A DNA stretch of 64,000 nt from Dethiobacteria bacterium (lineage in GTDB: Bacteria; Bacillota; Dethiobacteria; DTU022; UBA8154). This document shows positions 41,774 to 54,374 of this stretch, piece after piece; positions within the stretch are counted from its first letter, which is position 1, and every line of letters starts with the position of its first letter. The notes under the pieces were generated by a model, which was not told where the DNA came from, searched no databases, and saw only the letters and a list, made by a program, of their open reading frames with translations. Position numbers and translations under genes: made by a program. Where the stretch lies: contig JBMNEM010000002.1 in the NCBI GenBank assembly GCA_050948785.1, positions 193,721 to 257,720 of the forward strand, given 5' to 3'.

Positions 41774-42712
41774 ATGTCAAAGATTGCTATAGTCGGGGCC
41801 GGACTTGTCGGTTCAACAACAGCCTTTGCCTTGATGCTCGGAGGAACTGCGGAAGAAATTGTGCTTATCGATAAAATTAAGGAAAAAGCCCGGGGTGAAG
41901 CCCTGGATCTGAACCACGGCACCTCATTCATCCAACCTGTGACGATCTATGCCGGGGATTATCCGGACTGCCGCGGGGCCGATATTGTAATTATCACCGC
42001 CGGCATTCCCCAGAAGCCCGGCCAGTCACGCCTCGAACTGGTAGAGGCCAACAAGCGTATTATCCGGCAAGTTGTGGAAAGTATTCTAAATTACAACACG
42101 GAAGCTATTTTAATCCTCACCACTAACCCTGTTGATATCATGTCTTACGTTGCCTGGGAAGCTTCGGAGCTGCCAGCCTCCCGGGTGCTCGGTTCCGGGA
42201 CAGTTTTGGATACTTCCCGCTTCCGCTACCTTTTAGGCAGCCGCTGCAACCTGGACCCACGCAATATCCATGCTTATGTTATCGGCGAACACGGTGATTC
42301 AGAGGTACTCCTCTGGAGCACGGTAAATATCGCCGGAATACCAATGGAAAAATTTTGTGATACCTGTGAGCAAACATGCTCCCCGGAAGGTAAGGATGAT
42401 ATTTCACAACAAGTACGCCAGGCGGCTTATGAAGTTATTGAAGGAAAAGGAGCTACCTACTACGCTGTAGCATTGGCCCTGCGTAGGATTACGGAAAGTA
42501 TCCTGCGCAATGAACATTCCATTTTAACCGTTTCGACAATGATCGAAGAATTTCAGGGGGTAAAAGATGTTTACCTGAGCCTCCCCTGCATTTTAGGTGA
42601 AAACGGCGTGGAAAAAATAGTTTCCCTTGAAATGAGCAATGCAGAAAAAGAAAAGTTTTTAAAATCCGCCGAAATCGTAAAAAACTACACACACAACCAG
42701 CAACCAGTATAG
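41774..42712 (+). CDS. ldh: L-lactate dehydrogenase (NAD-dependent; an LDH-like MDH is not excluded)
   Basis: IAIVGAGLVGSTTAF Rossmann motif, active-site loop ...DLNHG..., catalytic VIGEHGDSEV. About 312 aa. Confidence 0.8.
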   Translation: MSKIAIVGAGLVGSTTAFALMLGGTAEEIVLIDKIKEKARGEALDLNHGTSFIQPVTIYAGDYPDCRGADIVIITAGIPQKPGQSRLELVEANKRIIRQVVESILNYNTEAILILTTNPVDIMSYVAWEASELPASRVLGSGTVLDTSRFRYLLGSRCNLDPRNIHAYVIGEHGDSEVLLWSTVNIAGIPMEKFCDTCEQTCSPEGKDDISQQVRQAAYEVIEGKGATYYAVALALRRITESILRNEHSILTVSTMIEEFQGVKDVYLSLPCILGENGVEKIVSLEMSNAEKEKFLKSAEIVKNYTHNQQPV

Positions 42713-42790
42713 CACCCCCGGAGCCCCGCGGTTGGTACCCGCGGCTGGTTCCCTCCGAGACCGTAGGATTTCCCCAAGATAAAAAAATAA

Positions 42791-42995
42791 CGGCAATGGT
42801 TTTAGCCATACCGTTAACCTATCCCATAAATTATTCCTAATGAGAGCCACCATTTCCGGCTCTCTTTTTCCTTCCACTATATACAGCAAGTTCAGCTTTC
42901 CCGTTTACCAGCCACAAGGTACGTCCCCGCGGTTGGTACACCACAAACACCCGCCACAAGGTACGTCCCCGCGGTTGGCCTGCCCGCGGTTGGCC
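42791..42995 (+). repeat. Composite repeat unit A (CCATACCGTTAA box, terminator-like hairpin GAGCC...GGCTCTC + T-run, then 2-3 GC-rich 25-mers)
   Basis: Unit shared with 43690-43850 and 44171-44330. Confidence 0.6.
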
Positions 42996-43214
42996 TTCGA
43001 ATCGCCCGTTACCCCCTTCCCTTTAAAGTTGACTGGTTGCCTATCTCCACATCTCGTAGAGATAGGCGGGAGAATGCCGCCGCGGCACACGGTTGATGCG
43101 GCAGCGCCGACAGGTTGGTCCAGGCCGGGATAGTATCTTTTTGAATTTTCATAACACTCAAGGAACGGGGAACAGATTGTGTTTTCTCTACCAGTGTGGT
43201 AAGATACCTTTGAG

Positions 43215-43420
43215 TTGCTGAATGCACAGCAACGAAATTGAATAGTGAAACGATGTGAGTGAATGGAAAGTGGGTGAAAGTCCCACACAGTCGCCGCTGC
43301 TGTAAGCATTACACGCGCTTATCATTATGCCACTGGAGAAATATTTACTCTGGGAAGGCGGTAAGTGTTAGATGCGAGTCAGAAGGCCGGCTCTCATCGG
43401 TTTGTCAGACCTTTCGGTGC
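43215..43420 (+). promoter_or_regulatory. Cobalamin riboswitch 4 (plus strand), orphan: no ORF downstream
   Basis: AATGGAAAGTGGGTGAAAGTCCCACACAGTCGCCGCTGCTGTAAGC ... TCATTATGCCACTGGAGAAATATTTACTCTGGGAAGGCGGTAAGTG...AGTCAGAAGGCCGGC parallels riboswitches 1-3 (GGTGAAA.TCC core, GCCACTGGAG...GGGAAGG). ORF 43259-43552 merely overlaps it. Confidence 0.65.
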
Positions 43421-43689
43421 AAAAGGACTGTCAGGATCAAGGTGTTCCCGTTTACCGGGAAGAGGCTTTTCGTAGCTACCAGGCGGAGGCTACAGGATAA
43501 TAACAATCCTGCTTTCTTTAAGCAAAAGAAGGTAGGATTTTTTTATCACTGATTTTCAGGAAAAGAAAGTTCGTATGGATGGCATACAGGAACTTTGATG
43601 AACAAGGCAGAGAATAATACGGTGTTAATGAAAATGGCAGCGGAGTATTGATAGAACATAGGATGACAAAAAGGAATAACAACATAATT

Positions 43690-43850
43690 TGACCATACCG
43701 TTAAACCCATATGGGAGCCACCTTACTGGCTCTCCTTTTTTTCCTGCCACTGTATACATGGCAGGTTCAGCACACACCAGCCACAAGGACCGTCCCCGCG
43801 GTTGGGACCGGAACCAGCCACAAGGACCGTCCGGGACCAGTGAAAAAGTC
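43690..43850 (+). repeat. Composite repeat unit B (best-preserved copy: GGGAGCCACCTTACTGGCTCTCC-T7 hairpin, CTGCCACTGTATACATGGCAGG hairpin, two 25-mers)
   Basis: See units A and C. Confidence 0.6.
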
Positions 43851-43949
43851 CCTATTAAATCACGTTAACACGTTAACACGTTAATAAGGGCAACCCCAAT
43901 CCAAAACCAAAAAAGGCTTTCCAAGCATTGTTTTTGTAGGTTTTTCAAC

Positions 43950-44012
43950 AAAAAACCCCCATAAATGGTATAATAGGTACGACCAAATACCGACCATTAG
44001 GGGGTTTTTTCA
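43950..44012. terminator. Bidirectional intrinsic terminator-like hairpin (A6-CCCCCATAAATGG...CCATTAGGGGG-T6)
   Basis: G/C-rich stem flanked by an A-run and a T-run. It lies between the plus-strand riboswitch region and the 3' end of the minus-strand V-ATPase operon. Confidence 0.4.
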
Positions 44013-44170
44013 TGCTTCGACTAGAGCCAAAGCAATTAAGTTTTCACTCATCATTATACAATAAAATTCCGGAAAATCATATACTAAAAAAGGTGGAATC
44101 AGTAGTGGACTTTAGTTTTATCAATGGTTTGTTAAAAAGATACCTATTGTAAAGAATTTGGGCGACCTGC

Positions 44171-44330
44171 ATAGCCCTGGCTATACCGTTAATTGCTTAT
44201 GAAACTACCATTTCCAGCTCTCTTTTTTCTGCCATTGCACCAACCACAAGCACCAGCCACAAGGACCGTCCCCGCGGTTGGGCACCAACCACAAGCACCA
44301 GCCACAAGCACCGTCCCCGCGGTTGAGGGG
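44171..44330 (+). repeat. Composite repeat unit C (degenerate hairpin, two 25-mers)
   Basis: CTATACCGTTAATTGC...CCATTTCCAGCTCTCTTTTTTCTGCC...AGCCACAAGGACCGTCCCCGCGGTTGGG...AGCCACAAGCACCGTCCCCGCGGTTGAG. Confidence 0.6.
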
Positions 44331-44359
44331 CGACTGCCACTGCACAGGTACATTTCCGC

Positions 44360-45004
44360 CTAAACTTTGGCCCGCACAATGTCTTTAATTTTCATCAACC
44401 TGGTCAGGGCAGCGCGCTCGCTTTCATCCAGTTTCATCGTAATATAGCGGACGGTCTCCTGCATTTTGGGAATCATAACATGCTCCAAGGCATTGACACG
44501 CCGGCGTGTCTTTTCAATTTCATCTGCCAAAAGCTGGACGGCCTTTTCCAGTTCGGCCAGCTCCATTAATTTCGGCATAATTCCCGCAAGGGTTTCAATG
44601 GAAGCATCTAAATCAGCAGAAGTGCCTACAAACCCGTAGGGGTAGATGTTGCTCTCCTCCCCCCGGGTACTCGCCTCCTGTTTCCAGGATAAACGCGGGG
44701 CATAAACACTCATAATGTTCTGCCTCTCTACCGTCAGAGAGATACGTGCCGTCGGGTACATCAGCGCTTCCTCCAGCACCTCTGTAGACATGACAGCGCG
44801 TGCCAGCAAAAACTTGGCCATGGCCGCTGTCAACTCTGTTTCAATTTGTTCACGCAGTTCCTTGTTTTTTCTCACCCGCTCTAAAAACTGGCGAACAAGT
44901 TCGTCGCGTTTATCCTTGAGTAGCTTATGTCCCCGCAGAGCCATATCCAGCCGTTTCTTGAGTTGGTTAAGTTCCATCCGCGTGGGGTTTACCCTGATTT
45001 CCAT
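44360..45004 (-). CDS. atpD: V-type ATP synthase subunit D
   Basis: 214 aa. MEIRVNPTRMELNQLKKRL...KLLKDKRDEL is the canonical V/A-ATPase D N-terminus. Confidence 0.85.
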   Translation of the reverse strand: MEIRVNPTRMELNQLKKRLDMALRGHKLLKDKRDELVRQFLERVRKNKELREQIETELTAAMAKFLLARAVMSTEVLEEALMYPTARISLTVERQNIMSVYAPRLSWKQEASTRGEESNIYPYGFVGTSADLDASIETLAGIMPKLMELAELEKAVQLLADEIEKTRRRVNALEHVMIPKMQETVRYITMKLDESERAALTRLMKIKDIVRAKV

Positions 45005-45008
45005 CCCT

Positions 45009-46412
45009 TTATTCCTCCTCCTGGGATGGCAGGTACTTGTCGAGGTACTCGTCCCGGATCCGTTTCAGTTCAGCGCGTGGCAGAAATGTAAACAGTTCCC
45101 ATCCGAGGTTGAGAGTTTCCTCGATCGTCCGGTCCTGCTCTTCCCCCTGTGCCACATAGCGAAACTCAAACTCGTCGGCAAACTGGGAAAATCTCTTGTC
45201 TATTTCAGTTAAGGCTGCCTCCCCAAGAATTGCAGCCAGCTCCTTGGCCTCTTTTCCACGTGCATAGGCTGCATAGAGCTGGTTCATCGTATCGGCGTGA
45301 TCTTCCCTGGTTTTATCGGCACCAATGCCCTTGTCTTTCAACCTGGAAAGCGAGGGAAGGACGTCGATCGGGGGGTAAATACCTTTGCGGTGCAGGTCAC
45401 GGCTGATAATGATCTGCCCTTCGGTAATATAACCGGTAAGGTCCGGAATGGGGTGTGTCTTGTCATCCTCGGGCATGGTCAGGATCGGCAGCTGGGTAAT
45501 CGAGCCTTTTCTCCCTTTGATCCGGCCGGCCCTTTCATAAATACTGGAAAGGTCCGTATAGAGGTAACCGGGATATCCTCTCCGCCCCGGCACTTCTTTC
45601 CGTGCTGCGGAGATTTCACGCAGGGCCTCGGCATAATTTGTTAAGTCTGTAAGGATTACCAAAACATGCATATCCTGTTCAAAAGCCAGGTACTCGGCCG
45701 CTGTAAGAGCCATCCGGGGGGTAGCGATCCGTTCAATCGCCGGGTCATCGGCCAGGTTGATAAAGATCACCGCCCGTTCAATGGCGCCGGTCCGGCGGAA
45801 ATCGCTGATAAAATATTCGGATTCCTCGAAAGTAATGCCCATAGCGGCGAAAACAACAGCAAACTTCTCTTCCGTGCCCAAAACTTTAGCCTGCCGGGCA
45901 ATTTGTGCCGCGAGCCGGGAATGAGGAAGTCCTGAACCGGAGAAAATCGGCAGCTTTTGCCCTCGAACCATGGTATTCATCCCGTCAATGGCCGAGACCC
46001 CCGTCTGGATAAACTCAGAAGGATAATCCCGGGCATAGGGGTTAATCGGATAACCGTTAATATCGAGTCTCTTATCCGGAATAATCTTGGGTCCTTTGTC
46101 CCGGGGACGCCCCATGCCGTCAAAAACCCGGCCGAGGATATCCATGGATACAGGCAGCTCAATTCCCTTGCCCAGAAAGCGGATTTTGGCATCACGGATA
46201 TTGATACCGCTGGTGCCTTCAAAAACCTGAACCAGGGCAGTATCTCCGCTTACTTCCAGGACCTGGCCGCGGCGTATCTCTCCACCGGGCAGCTCGATCT
46301 CCGTTAATTCCTGGTAAGTTATTCCTTCCACATTTTCCACCAGCATCAAAGGGCCGGCTACTTCGACAACAGTTTTATACTCTTTAAGCAACCGCTTCCC
46401 CTCCCTCGCCAC
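45009..46412 (-). CDS. atpB: V-type ATP synthase subunit B
   Basis: 467 aa non-catalytic alpha/beta-fold subunit (...[21 protein letters not shown]...). Confidence 0.9.
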   Translation of the reverse strand: MAREGKRLLKEYKTVVEVAGPLMLVENVEGITYQELTEIELPGGEIRRGQVLEVSGDTALVQVFEGTSGINIRDAKIRFLGKGIELPVSMDILGRVFDGMGRPRDKGPKIIPDKRLDINGYPINPYARDYPSEFIQTGVSAIDGMNTMVRGQKLPIFSGSGLPHSRLAAQIARQAKVLGTEEKFAVVFAAMGITFEESEYFISDFRRTGAIERAVIFINLADDPAIERIATPRMALTAAEYLAFEQDMHVLVILTDLTNYAEALREISAARKEVPGRRGYPGYLYTDLSSIYERAGRIKGRKGSITQLPILTMPEDDKTHPIPDLTGYITEGQIIISRDLHRKGIYPPIDVLPSLSRLKDKGIGADKTREDHADTMNQLYAAYARGKEAKELAAILGEAALTEIDKRFSQFADEFEFRYVAQGEEQDRTIEETLNLGWELFTFLPRAELKRIRDEYLDKYLPSQEEE

Positions 46413-48207
46413 TTAATTGCCCCACCTGTTTTTTAATCTCCTCGTCAATATTATCCAGCCCCGCAAGATCTTCTTCCGCCACATATTTGGCGCGGGCGAT
46501 ACGCTCGCGAACCGGCAGAGTAAAGAGTGCATCCAGGTCCAGATCGAGTTCTCCTTTTTCGACTACTTTCAGTGCCTCATGGTGGAAATTCAAAATCAGC
46601 TCCATCATCCGGAACTGTTTCTCAATGGAAGTATAGGTGTCCACCTCATGGAAGGAGTTTTGGTGGAGGAAGTCTTCGCGAATGGATTTGGCTGTTTCCA
46701 GCGTCAGCTTTTCCCTGGGGGAGAGGGCATCAATCCCGACCAGCCGTACAATCTCCTCCAGCTCTGCTTCTTCCTGCAAAATCCGCATCGCTTCACGTCG
46801 CATCTCGATCCACTTCTCACCCAGCAGTTCGCGGAAATAAGGATCTACGTTTTCCTGGTAGAGAGAATAGCTTAAAAGCCAGTTAATCGCCGGGAAGTGG
46901 CGACGGTAAGCCAGCGTGGCATCCAGACTCCAGAAAACCTTCACAACCCGCAGCGTGGCCTGCGTCACCGGTTCGGAGAGGTCGCCGCCGGGGGGTGAAA
47001 CCGCCCCTACAACCGTCAGGGCGCCATCACGCTCATCACTGCCCAGGCAGATTGTCCGCCCCGCCCTTTCATAAAACTCCGCCACACGGGAACCGAGATA
47101 AGCAGGATAGCCTTCTTCCCCGGGCATCTCCTCCAGGCGGCCGGACATCTCTCTTAAAGCTTCGGCCCAGCGTGAGGTGGAATCAGCCATCAACGCTACA
47201 CTGTAACCCATATCCCGGAAGTACTCCGCAATGGTAATTCCTGTATAAATGGAAGCTTCCCGGGCCGCCACCGGCATGTTGGAAGTATTGGCAATCAAAA
47301 CCGTCCTTTTCATCAGGGGTTCATTGCTTTTCGGGTCCAACAGCTCCGGGAACTCCATGAGCACGTCGGTCATCTCATTACCACGCTCACCGCAGCCGAT
47401 GTAAACAACAATTTCAGCATCAGCCCACTTGGCCAGCTGGTGCTGCGTTACCGTTTTGCCGCTGCCGAAGGGGCCGGGAATACAGGCGGTCCCGCCCTTG
47501 GCCACCGGGAAAAGTGTATCAAGAATGCGCTGCCCGGTAATCAAAGGAACGTAGGGCCCCAGTTTTTCTTTGTACGGGCGCCCCTTTCTCACCGGCCATT
47601 TTTGCATCATGTTAAGCTCTATAATGCCGCCTTCGGTTTCCAGACGGGCGATCGTATCGGTCACCGTGGCCTCTCCTTTGAAAATCTCCACCACTTTACC
47701 GGAGACAACATGGGGAGGAACCATAATACGGTGCTCTACCAAAGTAGTTTCCTGCACCGTTCCTAAAATATCCCCGGTGTGCACTGTGTCTCCCTTTTTT
47801 ACACGGGGCACAAATTCCCACTTGCGTTCCCGATCCAGGGCTACGGCCTCCACCCCTCTGGTGATATAGTCACCGACCTTCTTCCAGACAACATCCAAAG
47901 GACGCTGGACCCCATCGAAGATCGCTTCAATAAGGCCCGGGCCCAGCTCCACGCTTAAAGGCATACCCGTATTGTGTACCGGTTCACCCGGCCCCAGGCC
48001 GGCTGTCTCCTCATATACCTGGATGGAGGCCTGATCTCCGCGCATCTCGATGATCTCACCCAGCAGCCCGGCTTCGCTGACCTTGACCATATCGTACATC
48101 CGGGCCTCACTCATGTTTTCAGCTATAACCAGCGGGCCGGAAACTTTGATTATTCGACCAACTTCCAAGTTATCAACCCTCTTTCCTGAATAAGATATCC
48201 GCACCAA
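46384..48207 (-). CDS. atpA: V-type ATP synthase catalytic subunit A
   Basis: 607 aa. Walker A GPFGSGKT and the non-homologous-region insertion typical of A subunits. Confidence 0.9.
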   Translation of the reverse strand: MVRISYSGKRVDNLEVGRIIKVSGPLVIAENMSEARMYDMVKVSEAGLLGEIIEMRGDQASIQVYEETAGLGPGEPVHNTGMPLSVELGPGLIEAIFDGVQRPLDVVWKKVGDYITRGVEAVALDRERKWEFVPRVKKGDTVHTGDILGTVQETTLVEHRIMVPPHVVSGKVVEIFKGEATVTDTIARLETEGGIIELNMMQKWPVRKGRPYKEKLGPYVPLITGQRILDTLFPVAKGGTACIPGPFGSGKTVTQHQLAKWADAEIVVYIGCGERGNEMTDVLMEFPELLDPKSNEPLMKRTVLIANTSNMPVAAREASIYTGITIAEYFRDMGYSVALMADSTSRWAEALREMSGRLEEMPGEEGYPAYLGSRVAEFYERAGRTICLGSDERDGALTVVGAVSPPGGDLSEPVTQATLRVVKVFWSLDATLAYRRHFPAINWLLSYSLYQENVDPYFRELLGEKWIEMRREAMRILQEEAELEEIVRLVGIDALSPREKLTLETAKSIREDFLHQNSFHEVDTYTSIEKQFRMMELILNFHHEALKVVEKGELDLDLDALFTLPVRERIARAKYVAEEDLAGLDNIDEEIKKQVGQLSGEGGEAVA

Positions 48208-48502
48208 TTGCTTTTTCTACGCTTTCCTTAACCTTGTTCATACCAATACCCAGTGTGCCTTTATTATTGGGAATGGGGACAACAACCGGCAGGAAACGTT
48301 TATTCAGCTCTGCAATGGGATCCCCAAGGTGCTGAGCAAGTTCTTCCGTAATAAAAAGCACAGCATAATTCTCTTTGGACACCTGCTTTAATACCGAAAG
48401 CGCAGCTTGAGCATCAACCACAGGAAAAGTTGTTACCCCCAGGGTCTTAAACCCTAAGATGGAGTCTTTATCACCGAGCACACCGATCTTAAACGTAGAC
48501 AT
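48173..48502 (-). CDS. atpF: V-type ATP synthase subunit F (start probably at the internal Met, [14 protein letters not shown])
   Basis: About 109 aa. [14 protein letters not shown]...VLFITEELA matches the F-subunit family. The longer 48173-48607 ORF overlaps atpC. Confidence 0.75.
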   Translation of the reverse strand: MSTFKIGVLGDKDSILGFKTLGVTTFPVVDAQAALSVLKQVSKENYAVLFITEELAQHLGDPIAELNKRFLPVVVPIPNNKGTLGIGMNKVKESVEKAIGADILFRKEG

Positions 48503-49496
48503 TACGTAATCTCTCCCTGATCGCTTCAATGGGTAATCCGTTAATTTTTCCCACCAAAATCGCCCTGATATTTTTAATTTCAATCTCCTTGGCATGTAAA
48601 TAACCAACTAAAGGATCCAGGCTAAAAGGTTTGCGTTTACCCTGCTGCAGGTAAGCAGTCAGAAGATCATCCGCCAGTTTTTCAAAATTGGTAATGTTCC
48701 CTTTTTCCTGCCATTCACGCACTCCCTCACTGACTACAGCAGCATAATCGCTCATGGCCAGGCGATCGGCCAAAAATTCCAGCGGCTCATCCAGGAGATT
48801 GATAAACAGGTCCGCGGGAAGGCGGCCATAAGGGAGAAACGCCTTTTTCAAAAATTCCTTATCACGGCCCATACGTTTTACACGCAAAAAGGTCTTGATA
48901 TTCGTCAGATCCGCTTCCCGCACAAATAAACCTTCCAAAACAGTGGAACGTAGCTCCCGGGCAGCGCTGATGAGCATCGCATAAAGGGTCCGATCCAGGG
49001 AAAGATCTATTATCTGAGGATCGCCCGAAACGACAAACTCTTCCATAATCTGCTCCACAGCAGCACGCAGAGCTGCGGGTAACTCCTGAAAATTCTCCTC
49101 GGCGACGATGGCCCGTAATTTATCAAGGGGGATTGTGCCCACGGGAAATAAGAGCGTATCGCCGTCCTCATTCAGGTATTTGGCCTTCAGCAGCACCTTC
49201 AGATTGTGAAGATCATATTTTAAAGAAATCAAATCCGTAAGATGGGCTTCGGGATTTATTTTCTGTACCAATTGATAAGTGCGCCGTATTTCTTCCTGTA
49301 AAATTTTCTCAAACTCATAAACACTGTCCAACTCTGCCACCATATTGGCATAATCAGTTTCGGCCAGCACTTTGAGTGCCTCATCCACTGTAGGGGCTTC
49401 CACCATTCTTTCCAGTTTACTTTTATCTAAAAGGCGTGTTTCCAAAACCCTGATCCGCCCTACAGCATAGGCATAGACTGTCTCACTCACAGGCAT
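48489..49496 (-). CDS. atpC: V-type ATP synthase subunit C (d-subunit homologue)
   Basis: 335 aa. Position and length fit the conserved operon order. Confidence 0.8.
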   Translation of the reverse strand: MPVSETVYAYAVGRIRVLETRLLDKSKLERMVEAPTVDEALKVLAETDYANMVAELDSVYEFEKILQEEIRRTYQLVQKINPEAHLTDLISLKYDLHNLKVLLKAKYLNEDGDTLLFPVGTIPLDKLRAIVAEENFQELPAALRAAVEQIMEEFVVSGDPQIIDLSLDRTLYAMLISAARELRSTVLEGLFVREADLTNIKTFLRVKRMGRDKEFLKKAFLPYGRLPADLFINLLDEPLEFLADRLAMSDYAAVVSEGVREWQEKGNITNFEKLADDLLTAYLQQGKRKPFSLDPLVGYLHAKEIEIKNIRAILVGKINGLPIEAIRERLRNVYV

Positions 49497-49531
49497 TTAT
49501 CTTGCCTCCTTCCCTCCCCGCGCCTTAAAGA

Positions 49532-50149
49532 TTACCCCTCTTTAAAGAGTAATGCAGCCACTTCCGGTTCCAGTTCATCCCTCTGCATTTCCAAAAGCGC
49601 ATGGAAAGAGTTATTGATTTCCACCCCTTCGGATTGCAGAATAAAACCGCCCCCTATTTCCGAGGCTTCCTGCCCTAGGGAAACCTTTCCCGTCCGGCCC
49701 GTGGCCGCGAGCTCCTGACCAAGATCTTTCCAGAATTTAGCTGGAATTCCGGCCTTATCCCGTGGGGAAAGAATGATCACTTCTTCACCTGTCTTCATCG
49801 AAGCCAGAAGCATTTGACGCAAATAATCCAAATATGCGGCCTCTTCAAGGTTTACAAGCCTGGCGACGGCTTGTTCAAAAGTCTCCTCAATCAATTCTTG
49901 TTTGGCTGCCAGTATCTCTTTGCGTGCATCCAGTTGGGCAATGCCCAAAATGCGTCGTTTTTGCTCCTCCGCCTCTTTTTGCGCACGTTCCAGGATCTGC
50001 TCTTTTCTTTTACCAGCCTCTTTTTCCGCCTCGGCAAGAATAGCGCTGGCCTTTCCGGCAGCTTCTGCAACGATCTTCTCAGCTTGAGCCCGGGCATCAT
50101 CAAGTATGCGCCGGCTGATCCTTTCCGCTCCCGCTTGCATACCGAACAC
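49532..50149 (-). CDS. atpE: V-type ATP synthase subunit E
   Basis: 205 aa. N-terminal coiled coil rich in Glu, Ala and Lys (AEAEKEAGKRKEQILERAQKEAEEQ), with a C-terminal globular part. Confidence 0.8.
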   Translation of the reverse strand: MFGMQAGAERISRRILDDARAQAEKIVAEAAGKASAILAEAEKEAGKRKEQILERAQKEAEEQKRRILGIAQLDARKEILAAKQELIEETFEQAVARLVNLEEAAYLDYLRQMLLASMKTGEEVIILSPRDKAGIPAKFWKDLGQELAATGRTGKVSLGQEASEIGGGFILQSEGVEINNSFHALLEMQRDELEPEVAALLFKEG

Positions 50150-50167
50150 TCCCTTCTAACGCTTCGC

Positions 50168-52578
<2,411 letters not shown>

Positions 52579-52592
<14 letters not shown>

Positions 52593-52917
52593 GAATACTC
52601 ACAACCTTCCCGGCAATCATGGCTACAGCCTCCGGCAGCCGGGCTCCGGCCTCAGATTTGATGCTCTCAATTTCCTTTTGATAAGCTTCTGCAAGGGCGG
52701 CCGCTTCCTGCCGGGCTTCTGTTTCAGCTTTGGCCAATAATTCCCCGGACTGCTCTTCGGCAGCAGCGATACCCTCCTTCAACAGCTGCGCCGCCTGCTC
52801 CTCGGCCTCCCTGATGATCTGCCGTGCCTTTTGCTGGGCTTCCCGGATCAGATCATCTGCCTGCCGCTCTGTTTCTCTGATAGATTCCACCAGCTTTACC
52901 GTCAAACGCCTCACCAC
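52579..52917 (-). CDS. V-type ATP synthase subunit G/H (small peripheral-stalk subunit)
   Basis: 112 aa fully helical, Ala/Glu/Gln-rich protein. It is the first gene of the operon, as in ntpF/G-I-K-E-C-F-A-B-D. Confidence 0.65.
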
Positions 52918-53287
52918 CCTCTTGATAGTCTCCTGCTAACAATCCTAGGAAACAAAAAATACGTCACTCAAAGATACATCTTGTGAAAACAGCAAACAAT
53001 CTGTTCCTTTAAATTCTTTAATATCTTCATTGTATTAAGAAATGTTATTATAGTAAGAAATGTTTAACTATATTCACCTCCTCTTTTTTTACTACAACAT
53101 AAGCGTTTCATGCTGCCCCCGCCTTTTATATATTAATAACCAATCAATGAACAAGCCCTCGAACAAGCCTTCAACTCTTTTTTAAACAGCATGTTTTTTG
53201 TTCTCCAGCCTATCCTATTATACAATTTCTATTCTAGATTTATTCTACATTCTTTCATAAATTCCTTTTCCCTGTGGATAAAAATTA

Positions 53288-54352
53288 TCAAGGAAAAACT
53301 TTACGGGGTTTTAGTTTCCCCAGAGCAATCAGCCCCCCGGATAAAAGCAAAGTATAATATGTCAGTAAGCGCCAAACAACCACAAAAATTCCTAAAATAG
53401 AAGGAGATACAAAAAACGCGAATAAACTGGCCAGGCCCAACTCTGCAACCCCGCTGCCTCCCGGCAAGGGTACATAAACAATGATCATCTGGATCACAAA
53501 TTGCCAGATTAAGGCCTGCAGGTAAGGCACCGGCTGCCCCAACCCTAGTAATATAATGGGGGCAATACTAAAAAAACAAAGCCAAAAAGCAACACTCAAC
53601 AGGATGATCAGAAACATGTTCCCCACTTTAAAACGGTTTAAAGAGCGCGCCGTATGCAGAAAGGCACGGAATTCCTGATTTAAAAAAAAGTAGGCTTTTT
53701 TCCCTGCCGGGCTTCCTTCCAACCAGCGTTTTACCCTGCCCAGGGAGCATATTTTCTGCAGCAGCCCATCAAGGATGTGTGTCTTCCAAAGGAGAAAAAA
53801 CAAAAACAGCGCTGTAAAAATAGAAACATAGACAGCATAAATATATATCCTGTTAAAAAAAGTAGGCACAAGTTTCCCCCGAAAAACCACCAAAAGAGAA
53901 ACAGCCGTAAGCGTAAAGATTAGCCTGGTGATTAAAGCACGTGTGGCCGTCACGGCAGACGATTCCCCCACCGAAAGGCCATGCCTGTTCAGGGCATAAA
54001 TATGCGCGGGCCATTCACCCGAAGAGAACGGCGTGACTGAGGCAAAAAAAAAGGTCAATAAAAAAACCTGGATCGTATCCCAAAGTGCCAGGCGTTTCCC
54101 ACTGTTGAGCGTATACACCAGCAGCTTGATCCGCAAACCCTCCAACACCCATAACACTAAAACCAGGCCGCAGGCAGCTAAAAGATACTCCACCTTGACC
54201 CTTAGCAAGCTCCCCCAAGTATTTTCATCAAAACTTCGTAAAAAAACAAAAAGTGCTGCAGCAACACTTAAAGTTAAAGAAACACCCAGCCCCTTTTTCC
54301 AGGCGGGAAGAGGTTTTGCCACGGCAAAAGCCCCCTTGTAAAATCCTTGCAT
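53288..54352 (-). CDS. UPF0104 (lysylphosphatidylglycerol-synthase TM-region-like, flippase-like) membrane protein
   Basis: 354 aa with 8 TM segments and the conserved ...VPLPGGSGVAELGL... motif. Confidence 0.6.
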   Translation of the reverse strand: MQGFYKGAFAVAKPLPAWKKGLGVSLTLSVAAALFVFLRSFDENTWGSLLRVKVEYLLAACGLVLVLWVLEGLRIKLLVYTLNSGKRLALWDTIQVFLLTFFFASVTPFSSGEWPAHIYALNRHGLSVGESSAVTATRALITRLIFTLTAVSLLVVFRGKLVPTFFNRIYIYAVYVSIFTALFLFFLLWKTHILDGLLQKICSLGRVKRWLEGSPAGKKAYFFLNQEFRAFLHTARSLNRFKVGNMFLIILLSVAFWLCFFSIAPIILLGLGQPVPYLQALIWQFVIQMIIVYVPLPGGSGVAELGLASLFAFFVSPSILGIFVVVWRLLTYYTLLLSGGLIALGKLKPRKVFP

Positions 54353-54374
54353 AAATTAAAATCCTTACCATTAA

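Noticed and set aside
41774-42712. Linking ldh to larC as a nickel-pincer lactate racemase system
   Set aside because: This protein has the NAD-dependent LDH Rossmann and GEHGDS catalytic motifs, not the LarA fold. It lies 16 kb from larC with unrelated genes between.
43259-43552. 97-aa ORF on the plus strand
   Set aside because: It coincides exactly with the cobalamin riboswitch aptamer and has no RBS or codon-usage support.
39262-44345. GC-rich 25-mer tandem repeats as a CRISPR array
   Set aside because: The intervening sequences are only about 17 nt and irregular. The repeats are degenerate and occur in both orientations at scattered intergenic sites. No cas genes are present.
42840-44345. 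Repeats read as coding for an HK(D/V)RPRGW peptide-repeat protein or RiPP precursor (ORF 42840-43133 and similar)
   Set aside because: The same nucleotide motif occurs on the opposite strand at 58405-58505 and in non-equivalent frames elsewhere. Conservation is at the DNA level, so a non-coding repeat is the more economical explanation.
45149-48189. Many 60-160 aa ORFs on the plus strand within 44.7-52.4 kb
   Set aside because: All are antisense to intact, strongly conserved V-ATPase subunit genes.
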